DNA of 64,000 nucleotides from Pirellulales bacterium (GCA_041746715.1 JBGTGN010000023.1:12245-76244); one strand, 5' to 3'. Shown: positions 9,518 to 17,617, counted from the first letter of the stretch. The notes: generated by a model from the sequence alone, not told the origin. Program-made: numbers and translations.

Positions 9518-9546
9518 TTGACGCGAGTCCCCCGGAGGGGTATCAC
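9518..9546 (+). promoter_or_regulatory. Candidate sigma70-like promoter for the pspA cluster
   Basis: TTGACG (9518-9523), 17-nt spacer, TATCAC (9541-9546), ~90 nt upstream of the pspA ATG. A pyrimidine-rich tract follows (cttttcccgtttccctgttttccttttt). Pattern match only. Confidence 0.3.
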
Positions 9547-9638
9547 GACAGTCTCGCGGGCCCGAGTTTTACTGGCCTTTTCCCGTTTCCCTGTTTTCCT
9601 TTTTGTAAGCCACGAGTTCCGAAGCGGAGTCAACGACC

Positions 9639-10388
9639 ATGTTTCTCGGCAAGATATGGAAAGCGTTCGCCGCACAGATGAACAAGCTCGCCAACTTCTT
9701 TTGGACGGCTGATCCAATCGCCCAGCTTCAGTATGAGTACGACAAAGCGGTGGAGCAGATGAAGGAGGGGCGAGAGGGCCTTGAGCAATACCGGGCCCTT
9801 GTCGAACGGGTGACGAGGCAGGTCAACGCTGACCGGCAGCACGTGGCCTCGCTCGAGGCACGCGTGAAGGCTTACCTCAAGGCGGGTGAGCGAGATACCG
9901 CGGCCAGGTTTGCCCTCGAGCTTCAGAAGGCCAAGAAGGAGATGGCCGAGAACGAGGCCCAGCTCCAGCTCCACGAAACGGCCTATGAGAACAACGTCAC
10001 GAAGATCAAGCACGCCACGGGGAAACTCGGGGATCTCAAAACAAAGATTCAGAAATATGACGCCGAGCTCAAGCTCTCGCGAGCGGAAGCCGAGCTTGCC
10101 AAGCTTGCCCACAGCTTCAACTTCGACGTCACGACCGACTTCGGTCAGATCGAGGACGTGATCCAAGACAAGATTGGCTTGAACCGGGCCAAGGTTCGGG
10201 TGGCTGCCGACCTCTCAGGGCAGGGTCTCGAGGATATCCGCCGAGAGCAGGCCGTGGAGGCGACCATGGCGGCCGACGCCCTCCGGGAGTTTGAGGTCGA
10301 GCTGGGCCTTGTGACGCCCGAGACTGCAGGTGTCACCGCCGACGCCAAGGAGCTCGGTTCCCAGAAGATCAGCCAGACGGCTGACTGA
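9639..10388 (+). CDS. pspA: PspA/IM30/Vipp1-family protein (ESCRT-III superfamily)
   Basis: 249 aa. N-terminal amphipathic helix MFLGKIWKAFAAQMNKLANFF. DPIAQLQYEYDKAVEQMKEGREGLEQYRA and long coiled-coil helices typical of PspA. Confidence 0.88.
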   Translation: MFLGKIWKAFAAQMNKLANFFWTADPIAQLQYEYDKAVEQMKEGREGLEQYRALVERVTRQVNADRQHVASLEARVKAYLKAGERDTAARFALELQKAKKEMAENEAQLQLHETAYENNVTKIKHATGKLGDLKTKIQKYDAELKLSRAEAELAKLAHSFNFDVTTDFGQIEDVIQDKIGLNRAKVRVAADLSGQGLEDIRREQAVEATMAADALREFEVELGLVTPETAGVTADAKELGSQKISQTAD

Positions 10389-10421
10389 TTTCCACCATCC
10401 CGTCGAGAGTGAGCCGGTTTC

Positions 10422-12296
10422 GTGACGACGTCCATGCCCACCGTCGAGCCGGACCGGCGCCCCACGGCAGATGGAGCGCTTGGGCCGTCAGCGCTGGGCA
10501 CCGCTCCCACGACAACCGGTGCGGCTGCGTCGCTCGCCTCCTGGTGCCCCGGCTGGGCTGAGCGGCTTGGCGATGCGTATCTCTCCGGAACGAGCTGCGT
10601 CTTTCTCCTTCATGGCAACGTGCGGGATCTCGTGCCGGTCGCGCCGCCGATCGCCGGCCAGGCCGATTCAATCGATGCCTGGGGTACCGTTTCGGATTTT
10701 CTCGCCCGCGAGATGTTTGGCCGTTGGGATATCGTGCTGTCCTACGATGTCGGCAAGGGGCTTCGGCCGCTCGCCGGCAGCGATCCCGAGCGGCTGCGAG
10801 CGATGGCCCAGTGGCTCACCGAACGAGCCGGCGGTGCGCCGTCGTGGCCTCGCGATCCAGACGCGGCGATGGCCATGATCGATGCGATTCTCGAGCGAAA
10901 TCTGATCGATCCGCCCGAGCAACGAAAACGGATCGCCGTGGTGCTCGACTACGCGGCGTATCTCGTTCCGGCGGGCGAAAGCGGATCCCGGTCGGCGGCA
11001 TCGCGGATGGTTCGGATCCTGAGCTGGGCCCGGAATCCACTGCTTCGCCGAGTGAATGTCGCCATCGTTCTCATGACCGAGAGCCTCGCCGATGTCCATC
11101 CACGACTGACTACAAGCGGGGCGATCACGGCGGTCGAGGTTCCAATGCCAGACCACGTCGAGCGGGAACGGTTTGCCCTGGCGACCGCGGCGGCCTCGGG
11201 CGTTTCGGCCGATCAGGATGCGGCGGTGCGTCGGATGGCAGCCGTTTCGGGAGGGCTCACACTCGAGAGTCTCCGCGGCGTGATCACACTCGCGGCTCGC
11301 GATGGGTCGGCGCCTGATGGCCGAGAGTTTGCCGAAAAGAAAAAGGACCTCATCGAGCGAAGCTGTCACGGTTTGGTGGAGTTCATCGAGCCGCGGCTTT
11401 CGCTCGATGCCGTGGCGGGGCATGGCGAGGCGAAAAACCGACTTGAATCGGACGCCCGAGCGATCCGCCGCGGACAGTTCGAGGCAGCCCCGATGGGCTA
11501 TCTCATCTGCGGCCCCGTCGGCACGGGCAAGAGTTTTATTGCCGAATGCTATGCGGGGACCGTGGGCATCCCCTGTGCCGTGCTCAAGAACTTCCGCAGC
11601 AAGTACGTCGGGGAGACCGAGGGCAATCTCGAACACGCCCTCGGTGTGCTCCGAAGCCTGGGGCCTGTGGTGATCGTGGTGGATGAGGCCGACGCGGCCC
11701 TCGGCAACCGTGAGAGCACGGGTGACTCCGGCACAAGTGGCCGCGTGTTCTCGATGATCGCTCGCCAGATGGGTGACACTCGCTACCGCGGCAAGATCGT
11801 CTGGATGCTCCTCACGAGCCGGCCAGACCGATTGCCGATCGACCTCAAACGGCAGGGCAGGGCGGAGGTCCATATTCCTCTTTTCTATCCGCACGATCAG
11901 CAGGAAATGGCCGCGATGTTTGCGGCGATGGCCCGCAAGGCCAAGGTGACGCTCGCAGCCGGGCTGCCTGGCCCGATCGATCTCGACATGGGGCTCTCCG
12001 GGGCCGACATCGAAAGCGTGGTATTGGCCGCACGACGACGGGGGCTTGAGCGGGCCTCGGAAGCTGGTGCGCCGCCGCCTGACGAGATTGCCGAAGCCGA
12101 TCTCCGGGCGGCCCTCGACGATTTCCTCCCCTCGGCCCAGGGGCTCGAAAAGGAGCTTCAGGAAATCGTGGCGGTCCTCGAATGCACCGAGAAACGGTTT
12201 CTTCCGTCACACTGGCGGGCAGCCATTGAGCAGCCTGGCGGTCGCGGCCGACTCCAGGAGCGGGCCGCTGCGATCCGCGAGATAATCCGTTCATGA
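10422..12296 (+). CDS. Tandem AAA ATPase (classical AAA clade, CDC48/Vps4-like): degenerate D1 plus active D2
   Basis: GTG 10422 (ATG 10434 is an alternative). D2 has Walker A GPVGTGKS (11511-11534), Walker B VVIVVDEAD and the SRH-like LLTSRPDRLPIDLKRQGRAEVHIPLFYP. The N-terminal half keeps the AAA layout but lacks P-loop residues (see findings). Confidence 0.85.
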   Translation: MTTSMPTVEPDRRPTADGALGPSALGTAPTTTGAAASLASWCPGWAERLGDAYLSGTSCVFLLHGNVRDLVPVAPPIAGQADSIDAWGTVSDFLAREMFGRWDIVLSYDVGKGLRPLAGSDPERLRAMAQWLTERAGGAPSWPRDPDAAMAMIDAILERNLIDPPEQRKRIAVVLDYAAYLVPAGESGSRSAASRMVRILSWARNPLLRRVNVAIVLMTESLADVHPRLTTSGAITAVEVPMPDHVERERFALATAAASGVSADQDAAVRRMAAVSGGLTLESLRGVITLAARDGSAPDGREFAEKKKDLIERSCHGLVEFIEPRLSLDAVAGHGEAKNRLESDARAIRRGQFEAAPMGYLICGPVGTGKSFIAECYAGTVGIPCAVLKNFRSKYVGETEGNLEHALGVLRSLGPVVIVVDEADAALGNRESTGDSGTSGRVFSMIARQMGDTRYRGKIVWMLLTSRPDRLPIDLKRQGRAEVHIPLFYPHDQQEMAAMFAAMARKAKVTLAAGLPGPIDLDMGLSGADIESVVLAARRRGLERASEAGAPPPDEIAEADLRAALDDFLPSAQGLEKELQEIVAVLECTEKRFLPSHWRAAIEQPGGRGRLQERAAAIREIIRS

Positions 12297-12364
12297 CTGT
12301 GCGGCGCTGCCGCTCGCCATCCCCACGATCAGCCCAGCACCATCACCCCCCGAGGAAGACCCGA

Positions 12365-12658
12365 ATGTCCGCAAAGACCCCATGGTTCGACGACAAGACC
12401 GAGGCCCCGCTCCTGGCAGAGTATGCTCGCAAACTCGATTCCTTCTGCGATGCTGTGGCCGATGGAAAGGTGACGTCGGCGGAGCTCGACGAGCAGGAGA
12501 AGCGTCTGGTGGCTCACATGAAGGCGCTCGAACCGATGCTTTCCGATGAGGCCCATGAGAAAGTGACGCAGCTCCTCTGCGAGGTGACGGCCTACGGTCT
12601 CATGCAGGCGATGCACCTGGCGGGTAAGAGCCGTCCGAAGACAACATTCCGCGGCTGA
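12365..12658 (+). CDS. Small helical hypothetical protein (97 aa; 121 aa if ATG 12293 is used)
   Basis: ATG 12365 is preceded by GAGGAAG 7 nt upstream. The alternative ATG 12293 forms an ATGA overlap with the AAA stop. Sequence MSAKTPWFDDKTEAPLLAEYARKLDSFCDAVADGKVTSAELDEQEKRLVAHMKALEP... has no motif I recognise. Confidence 0.5.
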   Translation: MSAKTPWFDDKTEAPLLAEYARKLDSFCDAVADGKVTSAELDEQEKRLVAHMKALEPMLSDEAHEKVTQLLCEVTAYGLMQAMHLAGKSRPKTTFRG

Positions 12659-12718
12659 TGCCGACCGTATCTGTTCACGATTCAACCTGAGTACGAACCC
12701 CCGAGGAGAGGCGATTCC

Positions 12719-14482
12719 ATGGCAGGGCAACCAAAAACATCATTCTGGGTGACCGTGTGGCTTGTGGCACTTGCCCTTGTTGGATACGCGGCATGGAAGT
12801 GGGGCGTGTTCGATCAGGGTGGCGGTGCGCAAGTGCCCCCGCCGCCGGTCGCGGCCGGAGGGGTGAACGCCGGCGGCGGTGGTGGCGGCGACGACCTGCC
12901 CACCGAAGCTCCCGATGAGATGGTCCCGACAACAGTTCAGGAATACGCGTTTAAGCCAACCGAGCGGTTGCCTCCGGTGACAGGTATCGCAGGCTACAAG
13001 CCCCTCGAGGATGACACCGTTCGGTTCGCGCTCAACGTGTGGGCCGGCTGGGCGCCGATTATCTACGCCAACGAGGGCTTTCAGCCTGGCAAAATCTGGC
13101 AGGCGCCGGGTGGCAAGCCGTTCAAGGTGGAGCTTGTGCTCATCGACAACCCCGTGACCATGCGGGATGCCTGGGCGGCCGGAGAAGTGCCGATCGGCTG
13201 GGCCACACTCGACATGGTGCCCCTCTTTCTCGAGGGGCTCGTCGATGCATCGGGGAAGCCGAAGGATTCCCGAGCCATGCCGCGGATCTACCAGCAGGTC
13301 GATTTTTCCAACGGCGGCGACGGCATCGTGGTTCGCGAAAATATCAAGACGGTGGCCGATCTCGCCGGCAAGAAGCTCGTGCTCGCCCAGAATTCCCCGA
13401 GCCAGTTCTTCGCCCTCAACATGCTCGTCAATGGTGGGCTTCAGCCAGGCGATGTGGAGATGATCTACACCGACGACGCCTTCCAGGCGGCCGCCGCGTT
13501 CAATGCCCAAAAGAATCTCGCGGGCTGCGTGTCCTGGGCGCCCGACATCTACAACCTTGAGAAGGCGAAGGGCAATCGCATGCTCGTTACGACCCTCACG
13601 GCCAACAGACTCATCGCCGACGTCTGGTTCGCCCGAGCCGACTTCGCGAAGGATCACCCCGACAAGATCGAGGCAATCGTGCGGGGCATCTTCGACGCGA
13701 TGGAGGAGCTCAAGACGGAGAGCGCGAAGGCAAAGGCGGCTGAGCTTATGGCCGACGGCTTCAACATTCCGGCCAGCGATACGCTCGGCATGATGGCCGA
13801 CGCCCACTCCACCAACTGGGCCGAGAACTACCAGTTCTTCATCAACCGCAACAATCCGTCCAACTTTGAGCGGCTCTGGAAGCAGGCTTACCGGCTCTAC
13901 CGAAAAGTGGGCACCATCACCCACCCGGCCGTGCCATTTGACCAGGTGATGGATTTCTCGGTCATCCAGAAGCTCGGCAAGGAGCCGAAGTATGGGGAGA
14001 CAAAAGACGAGTACGATCGGCCGCTCCCGCCGAAATCGCTCTCGGCAATCCGGGCAGAAAACGAAGAGATCCTTACCAACACCGTCGTCATTCACTTTTT
14101 TCCCAATAGCGCCGATTTCCGAAAACTCATCACTCGGAAGATCGACGGTAAGGCCGTCGAGGAACCCTATGACCCACGTGCCGATCTCGTGCTCGATGAG
14201 GTCGCCACGCTTGCCAAGCAGTTCGGCAACGCGAGGATCGTGATCGAGGGCCACACGGACGGCTCGATGAAGGGGCAGATTCCGGCATCGCTCGTGAAAG
14301 AACTGTCGATGTCGCGAGCCGAGTCGGTGAAGAACGAGATCATCGCGAAGTTTGACTTCGATGCGAACCGGTTTGCCGTGGATGGTTTGGGCTGGGACCG
14401 ACCGGCCGATCCCGACCAACCGCATGAGCACGTGCTCAACCGTCGCGTGGAGATCAAGGTCTACTCCGCCGAGAAGGAGTGA
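12719..14482 (+). CDS. Membrane-anchored ABC substrate-binding protein (NitT/TauT, NMT1-like) fused to a C-terminal OmpA-like peptidoglycan-binding domain
   Basis: N-terminal TM segment FWVTVWLVALALVGYAAW, then a Gly/Pro linker. SBP core: VRFALNVWAGWAPIIYANEGF...GKKLVLAQNSPSQFFAL. C-terminal OmpA_C pattern: RIVIEGHTDGS...SMSRAESVKNEI...NRRVEIKV (about 14126-14482). GAGGAGAGG lies upstream of the ATG. Confidence 0.8.
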   Translation: MAGQPKTSFWVTVWLVALALVGYAAWKWGVFDQGGGAQVPPPPVAAGGVNAGGGGGGDDLPTEAPDEMVPTTVQEYAFKPTERLPPVTGIAGYKPLEDDTVRFALNVWAGWAPIIYANEGFQPGKIWQAPGGKPFKVELVLIDNPVTMRDAWAAGEVPIGWATLDMVPLFLEGLVDASGKPKDSRAMPRIYQQVDFSNGGDGIVVRENIKTVADLAGKKLVLAQNSPSQFFALNMLVNGGLQPGDVEMIYTDDAFQAAAAFNAQKNLAGCVSWAPDIYNLEKAKGNRMLVTTLTANRLIADVWFARADFAKDHPDKIEAIVRGIFDAMEELKTESAKAKAAELMADGFNIPASDTLGMMADAHSTNWAENYQFFINRNNPSNFERLWKQAYRLYRKVGTITHPAVPFDQVMDFSVIQKLGKEPKYGETKDEYDRPLPPKSLSAIRAENEEILTNTVVIHFFPNSADFRKLITRKIDGKAVEEPYDPRADLVLDEVATLAKQFGNARIVIEGHTDGSMKGQIPASLVKELSMSRAESVKNEIIAKFDFDANRFAVDGLGWDRPADPDQPHEHVLNRRVEIKVYSAEKE

Positions 14483-14488
14483 CCGGCT

Positions 14489-15475
14489 GTGGCAGACACG
14501 CCTGCTCAATCGTCCGATGCGGGTCGATCGATCGATGCCGGGAAGAGGCCTGCGCGAGTCTCCTCGCCGCTTCGTGGCGACCTCTCGACGGAGGCGACGT
14601 TTCTCTGGGGCGCCGCGGCGATCGTCACGGTTCTCCTCGCCTGGTGGCTCGCCACGGCGCCACTGTTTCCGGTGCCGGTCGAACATGTCGCCGAGCGGCC
14701 TCCGGAGCGTGAATATGTGCCGCTGGTGAGCCCTGTCATGCTACCGGGGCCAGGGGCGGTCTTCGAGGCGGTGCCCCGTGTGATCACGGAGCGAAAACTC
14801 CTCGCGAACACTCGCGTGACGCTCGTACGGGTGTTGATGGGTTTTGGGCTCGCGGCACTCATCGGTGTGCCACTGGGGGTGGCGGCCGCCTGCTTTCCGT
14901 CGGTGCGAGCGTTTCTCTATCCCGTGACGATCTTCGGTCGCAACATTCCTGTGGCCGCCCTCATCCCGCTCACGTTTTCACTTTTTGGGATCGGCGAGTT
15001 CCAGAAGGTGATGTTTCTCTTTGTCGCGAGCGTCGCGTTTGTGATCAGCGATGCGACGGCCGCCGTGCTGGAGGTGCCGCAGCGGTATGTCGATACGGCG
15101 CTCACCCTGGGGGCCTCGCGGCTCCAGATCATTCTCAAGGTGCTCGTGCCGCTCGCGGCACCCGTGATCTTCAACTCCTTGCGACTCCTCTTCGGCCTCG
15201 CCTTCGGCTACGTAATGCTGGCTGAGCTCGTAAAGTTTGGAAACGATTCCGGAGGGCTGGGCGACCTCATCAACATCTCCCAGCGGCGAGGGGACCGGGA
15301 GCCGATTCTCATCGTGCTCATCGTGATTCCGATCTTGGCCTACGCCATCGATCGAAGCCTGTGGTGGCTCCAGTGCGATCTCTTTCCGTATCGCTACGGC
15401 GGCAAGGGGCGGATTCCTCGGCTGTTCCGGAAACTCTTCAGCCCGCCGCCAGTGACCGTGGAGGTCAGGCCATGA
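14489..15475 (+). CDS. ABC transporter permease (NitT/TauT family)
   Basis: Multi-TM protein with an EAA-type loop DTALTLGASRLQIILKVLVPLAAP. It starts 6 nt after the SBP stop. The exact start is uncertain (GTG 14489). Confidence 0.85.
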   Translation: MADTPAQSSDAGRSIDAGKRPARVSSPLRGDLSTEATFLWGAAAIVTVLLAWWLATAPLFPVPVEHVAERPPEREYVPLVSPVMLPGPGAVFEAVPRVITERKLLANTRVTLVRVLMGFGLAALIGVPLGVAAACFPSVRAFLYPVTIFGRNIPVAALIPLTFSLFGIGEFQKVMFLFVASVAFVISDATAAVLEVPQRYVDTALTLGASRLQIILKVLVPLAAPVIFNSLRLLFGLAFGYVMLAELVKFGNDSGGLGDLINISQRRGDREPILIVLIVIPILAYAIDRSLWWLQCDLFPYRYGGKGRIPRLFRKLFSPPPVTVEVRP

Positions 15476-16335
15476 TGCCAGACAACCAGGCGGTCGTTCC
15501 AGAGCCCCCAATCGATCGTCCGCTGGCCATCGAGCTTCGCGGCGTCACCAAGGTGTATCTCCCTGGAACGCCCCGCGAGGTCACCGCGATCAGCGATGTG
15601 ACGTTCACCATCCCCGATCGCCATGACCACGGCGAGTTCTGCTCGTTTCTGGGACCGAGCGGCTGCGGGAAGAGCACCGTTCTCCGCATGGTTGCCGGCC
15701 TCGGACCGCAGTTCCCTCCGACGAGCGGGAGCGTTCGCGTGCTAGGCCATGAGGTGGTTGGCCCGGGTGCCGATCGGGGCATGGTCTTTCAGGACTACAC
15801 GAGCTTCGACAACCGGACCGTGCTCGATAACGTGACGTTTGGGCTCGAGTGTCGCGGGGTACTCAACCCGCACCGGGAGGCCGAGGGGCTCGACTGGATC
15901 GAGCGGGTGGGACTCGATCCGCGGCGAGACGCAGCGAAGTATCCCCACGAGCTTTCGGGTGGCATGCGGCAGCGGGTGGCCATCGCCCGCACGCTCATCC
16001 TGCGGCCCCGCGTGATCCTCATGGACGAGCCCTTCGGGGCGCTCGACCCGGCCACTCGGCTCGACATGCAGGACTTGCTTGTGAAACTCTGGCGGGAGGC
16101 CGAGGCCACCGTGCTCTTCGTGACCCACTCGGTCGAGGAGGCCGTGTATCTCGGCGATCGGGTTTTCCTTATGTCGACGACACCGGGGAGGATCGCCGAG
16201 GAGCTCACGCTTCCATCTCCCTCCGCCCCGGCACGCGAGGCCCAGTCGCAACCCTGGTTCAACGACGAGGTCGCGAGGCTCCACTCGAGAATCGAACGGA
16301 TCGAGGCTGAGGCAAAGCCTCTTCCAGACCGCTAA
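15472..16335 (+). CDS. ABC transporter ATP-binding protein (NitT/TauT family)
   Basis: ATG 15472 forms an ATGA overlap with the permease stop. Walker A GPSGCGKST, signature LSGGMRQRVAIAR, Walker B VILMDEPFGALD. Confidence 0.9.
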   Translation: MMPDNQAVVPEPPIDRPLAIELRGVTKVYLPGTPREVTAISDVTFTIPDRHDHGEFCSFLGPSGCGKSTVLRMVAGLGPQFPPTSGSVRVLGHEVVGPGADRGMVFQDYTSFDNRTVLDNVTFGLECRGVLNPHREAEGLDWIERVGLDPRRDAAKYPHELSGGMRQRVAIARTLILRPRVILMDEPFGALDPATRLDMQDLLVKLWREAEATVLFVTHSVEEAVYLGDRVFLMSTTPGRIAEELTLPSPSAPAREAQSQPWFNDEVARLHSRIERIEAEAKPLPDR

Positions 16336-16372
16336 CCACGCAGGGCTGAGCCCGGCCGGTGTCCTTTCAACG

Positions 16373-17212
16373 ATGTTCGAACAAATTGGTCGTTACCTCA
16401 GCGCTGCCTTCACCCACCACTGGAACCTGCTCTTTGTTGGGGCCGGGACGGCGGTGGCGTTTCTGAGTGGCCGCCCTGATGTCGTGATCCCGCTCGTTGC
16501 CGCCGGTGAGGTGCTCTACCTGGCGACCCTCATGACGAACGACCGATTTCGGGCGGCGATCGATGCCCAGGAAGCGAAGGACCGTCGGCAGGTCGATACA
16601 GCCGGAACCCAAGCGGCCTATGACCGTATCCGCAGCCAGCTTCCGCCGGCGCTTCTCACTCGATTCGATCAGCTTCGGGCCCACTGTCACAAGCTCACCG
16701 AGCTGGCCGGCAGCATGCGCGGCCCGGATGTGAGCGGCCCTGATCGGAATGCGGTGGAGTCACTCGAGCGGCTTCTGTGGGGGCATCTCCGCATGATCTG
16801 GAACGCGGCGAAGCTCTCCGAGTTTCTCGATCACACGGATGACGGTGCGCTCCGCAAGCGAGTCACGGAGCTGGAGAAGCGATTGGCTGGCATCCCAGAA
16901 GACGCTGGGGCTGCGCCTCTTCGAACAGCGGTAGACGACAACCTTCGGACAACACGGGAGCGGCTGGAAAACATCGACGAGGCCCGCCGCAAGCTCGACG
17001 TCGTTGCCGCGGAGATCGAGCGGCTTGAAACAAAGATCGCGGCCTTGGCCGAAGGCGCCGTGGCGCGCCGCGACGTCAGCGACATCGCCCAGCGTGTTGA
17101 CGAGGTCGCGGAGGGAATGCGTCGCACCGACGAGACCATGCGACAGCTCCAGCTTCCGCCCGAGCTCGAGGCGTTTGAAGCCCCCCCCGCGCTCCTCCGC
17201 GACGAAGCGTAG
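16373..17212 (+). CDS. Hypothetical membrane-anchored coiled-coil protein
   Basis: Two hydrophobic segments (WNLLFVGAGTAVAFL, VVIPLVAAGEVLYLATL), then ~200 aa of charged heptad-like helices (RKRVTELEKRLAG..., LDVVAAEIERLETKIAALAEG). It lies 37 nt after the ABC ATPase. No recognisable family. Confidence 0.6.
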   Translation: MFEQIGRYLSAAFTHHWNLLFVGAGTAVAFLSGRPDVVIPLVAAGEVLYLATLMTNDRFRAAIDAQEAKDRRQVDTAGTQAAYDRIRSQLPPALLTRFDQLRAHCHKLTELAGSMRGPDVSGPDRNAVESLERLLWGHLRMIWNAAKLSEFLDHTDDGALRKRVTELEKRLAGIPEDAGAAPLRTAVDDNLRTTRERLENIDEARRKLDVVAAEIERLETKIAALAEGAVARRDVSDIAQRVDEVAEGMRRTDETMRQLQLPPELEAFEAPPALLRDEA

Positions 17213-17617
17213 CCACGAGAGCTGGAAGCATTTACTCCCGGAGTCGGAGCCCAGGACCTCCGGGACTGGTTGAATGCGGGCTGCACTCGCTGCGCGGATG
17301 CGGCCATCCCCGCTGCTCGGGGTTGCCCATGCCGCATCGCCGGACGCTTCCTCCGGGCATCCTGCCCTCCGGTCGCTCGATGTAGCCCTCGCTTCGCCAT
17401 CCTGGCTTCGCTCGGCCTACAACGCCGGCTCCGCGGCACTGGCAACCTCTCGCGGATTCCATACTGGAGGCATTGAGGCACAGATACGTGGCCACCATTC
17501 GCTTGCGAATCCGCGTGCGCCCCGGCTGCTCAGGCGCACCACACCGCAGCGGTTACGAGCACGGGAGCCCGGAGGTGCGACCGCCGCCCGGAGGGGCGGG
17601 AAGACCGCCGGGGCCAT

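Noticed and set aside
8050-9717. 555-aa ORF on the minus strand
   Set aside because: It is antisense to the LRR gene. Its periodicity merely mirrors the LRR repeats. It has no signal peptide or motifs and is rich in Arg, His and Glu.
12740-14686. 648-aa ORF on the minus strand
   Set aside because: It is antisense to the SBP-OmpA gene. Its translation is Arg/Gly/His/Glu-rich with no motifs, which is the usual high-GC shadow ORF, while the plus strand has clear SBP and OmpA motifs.
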